Assembly (NCBI GenBank): GCA_973895155.1
Contig: OZ316895.1
Span: 1,052,435-1,116,434, forward strand
Direction: 5' to 3'
DNA length: 64,000 bases
Source of the DNA: Marsupella aquatica
Taxonomy: Eukaryota > Plantae > Marchantiophyta
Under the pieces are notes generated by a model. That model saw only the letters and a program-made list of their open reading frames with translations. It was not told the origin of the DNA and did no database searches. This document shows positions 24,032-34,405 of this stretch, piece after piece (the stretch's first letter is position 1; every line of letters begins with the position of its first letter). The position numbers and the translations under genes were made by a program.

Positions 24032-25678
24032 CATACCACCTCAGTTGCTTTTTCTTGGCACTCGTGAATGTGATTGGACTTTTTCTATGCATGTTGGTTG
24101 CTAGCAGCTTGCACATATGCATTGCCGGTGAGTTGTATGTTTTCGATACACTATGGCTACGATACTATATGTCACGACATATACAGTACAGTTCTTTGAC
24201 AAGACATTGTGGGATACGATACCCAAAAATGATAATTTTGTTGGAGTTTTGAGGGGCCACTATTGCCCTGAAGCTCTGTTAACAAGACCTAATATATAAT
24301 TCAGTTCAGTAAAGGTGCAAGAGGATCTTACTAATGAGCTGATCTTGATTGTGCATTCTTCTCCACTAATGTCCTAAGAATTACAAAGTGAAAACTCACC
24401 AAGTGCATTAAGTGAAGCAAATGCTGTAGGAAACGTGGTTTCTCGTAAAATAGGTCTGAACATGTCAGCGAAATACCCGGAAGACCATAAGAAAAGTTTA
24501 AATGACCATTCGCAACAATCTGAAAGCCAGCTAAAATAATTTTCGATGTCCAGGATAGCAAACCGGGTTACGACTATGCTACTGTAGTTTGAGTGCGTAC
24601 AGTACTTGCAATGGCACGTACAGGAGTACAGTAGGTAGGCCGGTGGCGCTGATAAAAGAAACCAAATAGAGGACTGTAGGACTGGGGACTTTCGCATTTC
24701 CCTAAAATCGATGTGCTGCTAACACGTAGTGTAGTAGTAGTGTACATTGTTGACAAAATTCCCATCGGCAATTCAGCAACTGAAATGTAGGGAGTCCTAC
24801 TTCTTTTGGCCTCGAAAAAGCCAAATTGAATTTTTATCACAAAAGCCAGCCTTGGTGGGCCACCGTTGTTGCTGGCTTTAAGGGAATAGATTTTTTTTGT
24901 AGATGGTGGAGTACATTGCATTGTGTGCCATAATGCCCCCAAATGCGAGAGTTTCATCTTGAGTTTCGAGAGGCTACTATGCTATGATAACAGGACCTTA
25001 ATCACTTTTATTTTCACTCATTTTAGTTAAAGTAGAGGAGAATTCTCACATTGCGCTGTACACTCTTTAATAGAATTTATATGAAAATTGCAAAGAGAAA
25101 AATCAAGAAAGGCCCTAAGTTTATGTAAGTATTGTTGCTACTACTACTGCAACAATATGTAGCAGTAGGAGAGTCTTCAACGTTCAGATTTCTCAAATGA
25201 AACATTATATTAGGATAGGACTTTGGAGCCAGGAGGAAACATCATTTTTTATTTCTCTTTCTTCTACTTTACTTGCAGTTGCAAAATGACATTTATGCCA
25301 GGAGGACAGAATGAACCTCGGATCTTCCACTTCGTGAGGGTTGCATTCTTTAAAATTGTTTTTGGGAAAAAGAGGGAGACGTTCAAAACTTTATTCCATC
25401 CCGGAAGGAAATAAAATCACACACCGACAAAGGGCTGAGAGAGCTTGCATTACTTGGTATGTGCAGGTTTATACATGCAATTTTAGGGGAAAGAACTACA
25501 GTAGTTATCTTTACATGCAATTTTCGGGGAAACTTGTGCTTACTGTGGTGTAAAATTCAGGATTGTATGCACTTATTAGTGAGGAAAACTGACCATGATT
25601 AGGGTTCACAAAACGTGCTAATGGGCCATTCTTCTGATATAATGTTGATAAGCGCAAAATTCAACACCAGATGTGGAA

Positions 25679-26422
25679 ATCAAGCACGCTAATTGGCAAC
25701 AACAATTTTCAGGGGCATTGAATGACAAAGCAATATTATTAAAATTTGCATTTTACCAAGAATTGCACTTAAAAAAACTTATCTTGCTTTCTTGTCATAT
25801 TCTCCCAGAATTCTCGCACTTGGCATATAATGGGGGAAGTTGTAAAACAAATCAAGTGCGCTAATTGGCAACAACAATTTTTAGGGGCATTGAATGACAA
25901 ATCAATATTATTAAAATTTGCATTTTACCAAGAATTGCACTTAAAAACTTATCTTGCTTTCTTGTCATATTCTCCCAGAATTCTCGCACTTGGCATATAA
26001 TGGGGGAAGTTGTAAAACAAATCAAGCGCGCTAATTGGCAACAACAATTTTTAGGGGCATTGAATGACAAATCAATATTATTAAAATTTGCATTTTACCA
26101 AGAATTGCACTTAAAAACTTATCTTGCTTTCTTGTCATATTCTCCCAGAATTCTCGCACTTGGCATATAATAAGGGAAGTTGTGAATTTTACCAAGAATT
26201 GCACTTAAAAACTTATCTTGCTTTCTTGTCATATTCGCCCAGAATTCTCGCACTTGGCATATAATGAAGGAAGTTGTAAAACAAATCAAGCGCGCTAATT
26301 GGCAACAACAATTTTTAGGGGCATTGAATGACAAAGCAATATTATTAAAATTTGTATTTTACCAAGAATTGCACTTAAAAACTTATCTTGCTTTCTTGTC
26401 ATATAATGAGGGAAGTTGTAAA
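25679..26422. repeat. AT-rich satellite, ~170-bp unit, about 4 copies with internal truncations
   Basis: atcaag.gcgctaattggcaacaacaattttt recurs at 25679, 25851, 26021 and 26286. Confidence 0.92.
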
Positions 26423-26469
26423 ACGTCATGTAAACATTTTTTGTGGCAACAACTTTCCTTTGCACTCAC

Positions 26470-26960
26470 AGCAAGATTGCACTCAACCAGGCTGCACTGA
26501 GCGAGCTTCAAATTTGAAGAACTTGAAGAATCTCGTCAAACAGGGCACTGGCACTGGTGGTCAGTCCGGAGCAATTCCAGATTTTTCGTACTATTTCTTC
26601 GTGTGTATCATGTACGTTGATGAATTCTTCAATCTCGAGAATTATGATTGTTAATTGAACGGTGTTCCTGTTTTCTTGGCAAGCAGAGCCAAGCCCTCGG
26701 TTCCGTATTCGTATGAGCCAAGATGCACCAACCAGGTACACCATGAAGCCAGGTTTTCGTACAGCAGCAGTGCCCATGTAAGCAAAACTCATGCGAGCCT
26801 TCAAATCCCACCTCCCAAGTGGCATCCCCTTGATGTACTCAGTCACTGCTCTGTCGTGAGCAGCAATGAGGAGGGTTGCTCTGGCGGACATACAATCATG
26901 CAAACTCCTACCCTGCCAACTACCTACTGTACAGAAGCTACTGCTGATCTCCCACCAATT
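26470..26960 (+). pseudogene. C-terminal fragment of a fucosyltransferase-like plant protein family
   Basis: VFLASRAK...FSYSSSAH...WHPL..LSHC...CS...TPTLPTTYC parallels my recollection of the family C-terminus FFLASRAK...FSFLSSF...W.RFAGPLSC...CA.TPLLPPAWW. One in-frame stop. Confidence 0.4.
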
Positions 26961-27099
26961 GGAGTATTTTTTTGGTTTCTGTCAACGTAAATTTATAGAT
27001 CACCATTTGAAATAGTTCTTGGAATATTACCCTGTAGCGACCTTCATGCAGCGGCAATGAGACGAACAGTCGGAGCGATATTCTGTCCAATTTGCACTT

Positions 27100-29100
27100 A
27101 TGGTAAGGCATGGCAAGGGGCCTAAATGGTGTCCTTATTTATGTCAAGTCCCCTTTGAGTGAGTTGGGCAATGTGCCTTGCAAAGCAATTGAGGATGAGA
27201 AATTCCGTATCAAAAAAGGAGCGCTCGTGAATGAAAGCATCGGGATCGTTAACAAGAGGATCGACTCCAGACTGGACATAATTTACAAATAGGCAACAAA
27301 ATACAATGAATGGAAAGCAAAAGAGGTCCAACGATGACAAAAACTAAAGAAGAGGCAAATGCAACCCTGACAATCTAGAAAGTGGGTCGAGGTTTAAATA
27401 ACAAAAGCTCAGTTCTAAATGATAACAGTTTGCACGAACAAATCGAGTTGGGCTGTGGGATTAAAATTTGAGGAAGCTACCCGCGATTTTTGGGGGAAGT
27501 AACTGACGAGCTTTTGGAGTTCAAAGATCTCACCGTCGGGAAGCGTTTCAGATGACGGGCCTACTACCGCGTTGGAGCACGCGCGCATGTCAAACAACAC
27601 ATAAGAATAATGCGGGCCACGCATCTCCTGACTCAGCAGGGCGAAGATGACATCCAAGGTACAGCATCTTGAATCACTACTCGACGACGAGGGAAGCTAG
27701 TTATAACCGAGTTTCTGTCCCGTTGAGAACCTCAAGGTGCCGACATGTGAGACCTGTGTTGGACGCGAGAGAGTTGTTGCTGTTTCCAACCAGTCACCAA
27801 GGGGACACTTGGTACGACGGAAACCACCGGCAGACAGCATGTTTAACATGGCTGTGTTCCCCAATGTTTTCGCCGTCCTACTTTGTATATTTAAAAGTCA
27901 AACAAACCTGTTGTGGATTCGAGGGTTTGTTAGCGACAGTAGATTCGAGAAGTGGCTGCTTGCGAAGCCCTGGTTCACCCCGAAGCGATGGTGGATATTC
28001 ATTTCGTCTTTTGGTCTTTTTGAATCGGACATTTCACAATTGTCACAACTGACTGTACACCGTCGCTAGTATTCCCCCCAGTTGAAATTATACTGTTGAT
28101 GGAATCTCAACGATGTGACGGAGGATTTGAAGTTCAACACTAACTTGGGAATTTGTCCATCTCTGCTCTGAAATTATGAATCACCTCGGGACCGTCCATG
28201 ACTTGGCAGTGAAACTTCGTGCCTCCATTCATGATCCATCGATCATAGTGAAGGAGTTCGCTAGATTTCTTGAGAAACTGATTGTCGTCGAGGAAAAACT
28301 TTCGAACCCAGAAGTTGAAAGTTTCGAGCGGGGAATGAGGGTGGCTGGTTCATGTGTGAAACTAAGAATATCTCCGGCAGTTGGCGCTCGTGCTCGTAGG
28401 CATATTGTCGGAGGGTTCAAACACAGACCAAGCCGAGATCTCAATTTGCTAGCGCGGTACATGTACAGTAGTTCGGTTGGTTTAAATACAGTGCCAGTTC
28501 TGAAGGAGGGGCAGTTGGTTAAAGAGCTCAGCCAAGTTTATGTCGACAGGATGGTTGCCGCCTGGCGCGCTGGACACGGTGGAAATGTAACTGGTAATAA
28601 GTGGTTCGCAAACAGCAAGAGGCCGGCGTGACGCTTGGCTTTGGATATTAGGGACAGAACCGGGTACTTTTCCCAAGAGCTTTGATCTAGGGCTATCTTC
28701 AAGTGGTTGGTCATCCCTCGCTTGGCAACCATAGACTCTATCTTCGTCTGTTGTGAGACAATAATTTGCAGGGCCAGGACCAACAGTGGTTCAGATTTTT
28801 TCATCATAAAGAGGAGGTTAAGCCATTGTGACCGTAGATCAAGAGCCAATCATGGAGTTTATGGGCCAATCCAAACGAGATTGTTTTACCGATGTTTGCG
28901 GCGAATAGAGCTGTCGGTGCCACCGGCCCAGGATCAGTGAAATTCTACCATTCACTGGACCGGAAGGCTTGATTTGACGATCGAAATGGGTCCGTCCTTT
29001 CAAAGTGAACAATATGAACACTTCACCAACACCACTGAATGTCGATTCCTCATAGGATAAGTTCACTCGAAGGCCCTATCCAAAGGGCAGGCTCAAGAAC
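27100..29100 (+). pseudogene. Decayed near-full-length fucosyltransferase-like gene
   Basis: Co-linear broken motifs RAHVKQHIRIMRATHL, CETCVGRERVV, NLLWIRGFVSD, HDLAVKLRASIHDPSIIVKEF, MFAANRAVG..SVKFYHSL and YEHFTNTTEC, with many stops and frameshifts. Family assignment is from memory only. Confidence 0.4.
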
Positions 29101-30207
29101 CTGCTCGCCATAAATGAGCTCAATGAGAATCGTGTTGCGGGCTTTCCTGCCGCTTAAAAGTAGCAAGCGTAAGTGAGAGAAACAAACGCTGTTAGGAGGC
29201 CGCAAGTGTACAAAATGAGACTCGCTATTGTACAAATGATCAAAATACACCTCGAATCATGTCACTCAGACTAATTAACGAGAATGACACATGATACCGC
29301 CTATCAGCTGGGCACGACGCTAAAATCTAAGATCACCTGCGATATGTACTCCCAAAGGCGCTAAATCCGAACAAGTAATAGCCGAATCAGAGACCTAATC
29401 TGGGAGGACTAGAAGCCAGCAACGATAGCCAATTCGGACTGGCCCTCGAAACGGGTACCCCAATATCTGTAATAGTATTTTTTACCACGCAAAACCAGCC
29501 TTTCCAAAGGACTCCTACTGCAGTCCTTACCAGGGAATTAAAGGGCTGCCCAGAAAGTCCAGACATGAATCCCAGATTCGCTAAATGAAATCCAAAATCC
29601 ACCGTTGCTACAATTTTAGGACCATTCACAAAATCAATGGAAAACGACCAAATCATCTGTCATTGGCATTACTAAAAAAAAACAGAGATGACACTGGCTT
29701 TAGATGTAGTCGATGGTGATTAATGCAGACAACACAGGTAAGGACAGGCTTTGGTTGCAATCCATAGAAGTATACAACAGTCTGGCAATACACAATATGT
29801 TCGCTACTTGCGAACACCAGACACCAGTTATGCGCTAAAACATACTTTACAGCCTCCATTGCGTTCTCGGTGCGCACTCATGAACCACTTTACAACCGTC
29901 CCAGTTAACAATGATTAAGCCAACATTGATTGTCAAGCTAGCTGTTGCTAGGTTGCGTTGGCTCCACTGCCTTACACTCTCTGTCTTTGGGTTAGACATC
30001 TCTCTATCTCTCAGTGTGAGTACCATACAAAAACGAGACCACGACAAGGCCACTCCTGCTGCTGCCTTACTGTTGGCATGACCCGGAAAGAGTCCGCACA
30101 AGTAGGCCTGGCCTCGTTGTTCTCTGCAACCTGGTCATCTTCTCGCCTCCAAGGGTCAAGAATGACGAGGCGTAGGTGTGTTTTTGTTTGAAAAATATAG
30201 CACAATC

Positions 30208-31101
30208 TCAGTAGCTATCATCCTCAATCTCGGCTTTCCTTATGTGGTACCTTAGGCAATTAGTCAAAACTTCCTCCAGAGACTTGCTCAGAGCTGAACC
30301 ACCATATGAGACATAGAATTGATCTTTGGCAACCAACCCCTCGGTGTTAATCTCGGCTGACTCCACCATAATATTGATGTCAGTAATGACCTTGATAATA
30401 TCCAATAACAAGCCAGGTCGGTCGGCTGTCTCGACAGATAGCACGCTCGCCTTGGAATTCACCTTTTTCACACCGACTTTGGTTGCAATGTCCGCATCAA
30501 TCTTCACCTTGGGAGGAGTGAGCCCAAAAGTCTCTCCAAGATACAACTGCTCACTCGATTCAGGGTGATACTTGAGCAAGTTGTTGATGATTGTCAGTCT
30601 GATGGCTTCCAGAACCTCGGGATTCTCAACCTTGTTACCATTGTCTGCACGGGTGATGTGAAACGTGTTTTTTGCCTGCGAATCCTCAGTGGTCACCTGC
30701 GCCTTGAGAACGTTCAGACCAAGGTTCTTTAACGCCTTGGTGGTGTCCAACAAAGCCCCGAGGCGATCGCCAAAGCTGAGCTCCACAATCGTGGAATCCG
30801 GATCGGAATGCTGGTCAATAGACACCACCGGTACTGGTTCTGTTTTCTCCGTCTCCTCCCCGCCTTGCACTAAAGACGCCACCGCTATAATGGATGCTTG
30901 AGCGGCTGTTTGTCCTCGTCGGCGATAAGATGGCGCGAATTCTTGTGGCACGGCAGTCGCTTTCCCTCCAACGGATGGTGAAAACGACCACATGGGTGCC
31001 ACCGAACTCACGACTCCATCCTGTTTGGGAAAGCTGCTGCTGCAGCGCACAGCTGATAGGCTTCCAAAATCCAAACTCACAACGGCTGCCGTTACCGCCA
31101 T
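30208..31101 (-). CDS. Plastid-targeted ACT-domain protein (ACR11/ACR12 type), intronless, 297 aa
   Basis: ATG 31101 (MAVTAAVVS..., Ser/Ala-rich transit peptide). Two ACT domains: [15 protein letters not shown] and [13 protein letters not shown]. Conserved [19 protein letters not shown] and the C-terminal EDDSY. Confidence 0.93.
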   Translation of the reverse strand: MAVTAAVVSLDFGSLSAVRCSSSFPKQDGVVSSVAPMWSFSPSVGGKATAVPQEFAPSYRRRGQTAAQASIIAVASLVQGGEETEKTEPVPVVSIDQHSDPDSTIVELSFGDRLGALLDTTKALKNLGLNVLKAQVTTEDSQAKNTFHITRADNGNKVENPEVLEAIRLTIINNLLKYHPESSEQLYLGETFGLTPPKVKIDADIATKVGVKKVNSKASVLSVETADRPGLLLDIIKVITDINIMVESAEINTEGLVAKDQFYVSYGGSALSKSLEEVLTNCLRYHIRKAEIEDDSY

Positions 31102-31190
31102 AGCTGGCGATGCTCTCACTCCCACCTCGCACCACCAAGCCGATTTCCACACTACGGAACTCTCTTTCCAGATAAACTTCAAAATTCCCT

Positions 31191-31248
31191 TCCTCTCCTC
31201 TCCTCTCCTCTCCTCTCCTCTCCTCTCCTCTCCTCTCCTCTCCTCTCC
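31191..31248. repeat. (TCCTC)11 microsatellite 5' of the ACR gene
   Basis: Directly visible pentanucleotide run. Confidence 0.95.
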
Positions 31249-31750
31249 GCGCGCCCCGAGCCCCCTAACAGAACAACGCTAAAACGCTAGAAGCTCTCCT
31301 CCGACGATCAACCCGCTCCGCTCGCAAAAAGATCCCGACCGAATTCTTGCCCTCTCCTCCCCACCTCCCAATTCCGAAGTTCCGAAATTCGGTGCGGCTT
31401 GGAACTTCCCCACTATCTCAACACCACTCTTCTCTCGCCCGCACCAACTTCAAGATGTCAAGAAAAAACCACTTCAGGGGTTCCACTCCCTCCCTCTCCT
31501 CTCTATCGCTTGTTAGCGATGGCTGCTGATGGATGAGGCGCGAAATGGAAGGAATGAAGGAAGCATGTGAATGTGAAAGGTGGCACGAACGAGGGGTACC
31601 CCAAGTAGGACACGAAGGTCGGATGAATGAGCAGAGAGGTGCGTTCTGAGAGAGTTATCAAACCGGCGTCCGCAGAAAACAAAACAATCGCGCCCACACG
31701 AACAGTGGGGCACTGGGGGCGGGGCGGGGCGGGGCGAGGGGTGGGGGGCA

Positions 31751-31984
31751 GATGACTCCAGAGTCCAGACGGAGGCTGCCGGAAAGCTGGCCCCAGAATG
31801 ATGACTACAGTGTCCAGACGGGAGGCTGCCGAGATGATGGCCCCAGATGACTCCAGAGTCCAGACGGGAGGCTGCCGGGATGATGGCCCCAGATGACTCC
31901 AGAGTCCAGACGGGAGGCTGCCGGAATGCTGGCCCCAGAATGATGACTCCAGAGTCCAGAGGGAGGCTGCCGGGATGCTGGCCC
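31751..31984. repeat. GC-rich minisatellite, 5 copies of 46-50 bp
   Basis: gatgactccagagtccagacgggaggctgccgg.a.g.tggccccaga starts at 31751, 31800, 31846, 31892 and 31942. Confidence 0.92.
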
Positions 31985-33192
31985 TCAGCGAGAAAAAGGC
32001 GAGGACGAGCGCGTGATGCGGCAAGAATAATAATGAAAATGGTACAACAGTCGGGCGGAGGGGCGGCCTGCTCTGCATTCCCTCGGCTCCCGCTCACCGC
32101 AGCTTTTGCAGCTGCTCCCACAGCTTCACAACGAACAATTATTCCAGCTACGGCTTCACAACGAACATTAGACCCTTCAAAGCCCGGGTGAAAAGGTTAC
32201 CCTGGTTGATGCTTGTGTTTACCTCTTATGACACGGAGTAACCCTCACAATCCTACCTTGTCACGCTATTCACCACCAGGTTAATTTTCAAGATTTTTTC
32301 TTCTTCGCAGGGTGGTGAATGTCACCTTTGTGTGAAAAGACGATGCTAAGAATATTCTTTCTCTAGATTACTAGATCTCCCTAGCTTTAAGGATGGCCGT
32401 CAGATTTTGGCTCATGGAGTATGTGGCTAGGCAAAAAACTGGCTAATCAAAGCAAAATGCTTGGAAAATTCTGCCAGAAATGGCATATACTTTTCAGTGA
32501 GGTGGAATTCTGCAAATTTTGCCACAAACACAAATGTTCCTTATCATGTATGTTATAATGTTATGTAGTCCAACTTATCTGCCTGACCCTCCTATGTGGT
32601 TCACTTCTGAACTTTATCAGGCTTTTTAGTTTAATGATAAGTAGGGCTTTAGTTCCGTAGCGGTTGCATAGAACTCTCAGGAGTTTTGGCCATTTTAGTC
32701 TTCCAGGGGTTTTTTCACTTGTTTTCTCCTCTCTATCGGGTCCTTTACCTTTGGGATCCTCTCTCCCAGTTTGACATTTTTGTTCTTTGACAGTGTGATA
32801 TGTATTGGAACTTGCAGTCACTTGTGAGTCTTTCATCCAAGCATTATCACATATGTTATATCACCATGTCATGTTGTGTACTCTAGGTCATTAGTTGATA
32901 ATATGTTGTATAGTCAAATCTAAACATTATCCCTTATCACATGTTAATCTTGGCATGGCTACTGAAAAGGGGATCCTCATTTGGTAATATTGGTGTGTGA
33001 GAGCTAAGTTGTTATTCCCATTTTTGGCTCGGGTTTCGGCTGCAATTTTTGCCATATTTGCCATTATGAGAAACCACATCCACACATATTCCCATTGGGG
33101 TTCTTATAATTAATGTTAATAACACATTTACATAATGGGTTTATACATTAGAGAATATTTCTTGTCTTTAGTATTAACTATTGCATTGTTAT

Positions 33193-33530
33193 TGTTAGAC
33201 ATTTACTTTTAGGTCTAGAATTATTATGTAGCTACAGTTAGTTGAACTATAGTCATGTGTTGGTTAAGGTTATATGTGCTACTACTATACTCATTAGCAG
33301 AATAGGTCAGTGAGTGGAACTTAGGCTCATTCTTACGGAGCTAGTTGAGAGATAGCGAGAACCTAGTCTATGGAAATTTAGTATGGCCAATGAGTTTAGA
33401 GTTCAATAAAAATCACTTGTGTGTTCCTGTTCATATAGTCTCTAAAGCAGTGAACAACATATCCCTTGTCTTTGATTATTTGTGGGTTTGTTGGACGTTG
33501 CATATGAGCATGTTGTTTTATAAATAATGG
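33193..33530 (+). mobile_element. Old solo-LTR-like relic related to the Copia LTR
   Basis: Starts TGTTAGA like the Copia LTR. gtggaacttaggctcattcttacggagctagttgagagatag (~33314-33355) differs at 1 nt from the 5' LTR; the rest is heavily diverged and the right end is approximate. Confidence 0.65.
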
Positions 33531-33954
33531 TCATTTGGAGGGTCATTTGTTCAACACTAATTATGTTTTGTAAATAATGTCAGAATAAGATGAGAACATT
33601 TAATTTGGATTGCAGATAGCTTGTACAATTTTAATAGTTGATTCCTGAAGGCATGTAGTCTTCTAATTAAAACTTGGGGTGGAATCACAAGGTTTTGAGT
33701 TCAAACCTCAGACCAGCAAGTTGTGCACATGCACTGATCTCTGCCACCTTGCCCCTGGGTGTGGGAGGATGCTACAGCCATCATGTGCAGATTTGTGTTG
33801 CAACACAAATCTGAGTTCGAGCTTCCTCAGACTTTTTTTTTGCCAGATGGGCTCCCCTGACTGTTTCATGTGGGGGAGAGCAGTGCAGGGTCATGTTTTG
33901 TGGGAAGACCACCTGCATTTCTTTTGGTCGTTAGGACTTCTCCCTGGGTTCAGA

Positions 33955-34405
33955 TGAAGACAATATGCATTATGTCTTCGGATTCACTGGGTTAATGCCT
34001 GAAGACACAATAGATTATGTCTTCAGGTTCAAATTTTTACCATATCATGGGGTAGTTATTAGGTATGTTTTTCACATTGCGCACATGGGTTTTTCACAAT
34101 GTTTTCATGCACGACTGTCAGCGTCAGTGTGGGGTACCTCCAAATGTCCACAAAGAATATTCAAGTTCAATGTTTAGAATTTGCCTACTGCCGCCACAAC
34201 AAAAATTGGCAAATGATTGACAATTGCGCTCAAAAAATGGTAATACTCCCCTGTGCAATGCATACAAACAATTTCAAAAGAAGACAAACCCAAAGGTGTT
34301 GGGGTACACCCTAAACCCTAAAGCTTGAAACACGGGAAGATATAATCCATTGAGTCTTCAGGCATTAACCCATTGAATCCGAAGACATAATGCATATTGT
34401 CTTCA
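33955..34405. mobile_element. Foldback/MITE-like element with ~64-bp inverted repeats
   Basis: tgaagacaatatgcattatgtcttcggattca.tgggttaatgcctgaagac (33955-34018) pairs with its reverse complement at ~34342-34405. No clear TSD. Confidence 0.65.

Larger units (their letters stand above)
15035..24200 (+). mobile_element. Decayed Ty3/Gypsy LTR retrotransposon, interrupted by a Copia insertion at 17184-24031
   Basis: Gypsy domain order RNase H then integrase at 15404-17100. Possible 5' LTR TG..CA at 15035-15301; gag/PR/RT are missing. Both outer boundaries are approximate and no matching 3' LTR was seen. Confidence 0.65.

Noticed and set aside
31102-31182. N-terminal extension of the ACR ORF (324 aa)
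   Set aside because: Starts at a non-ATG codon; the ATG at 31101 begins a typical transit peptide.
31751-31984. CRISPR-like array
   Set aside because: Units are contiguous with no unique spacers, there are no cas genes and the context is eukaryotic. The same applies to 5890-6090 and 25679-26422.
31503-32191. 191-202 aa ORFs
   Set aside because: Products of the minisatellite; the translation is repetitive and open on both strands.
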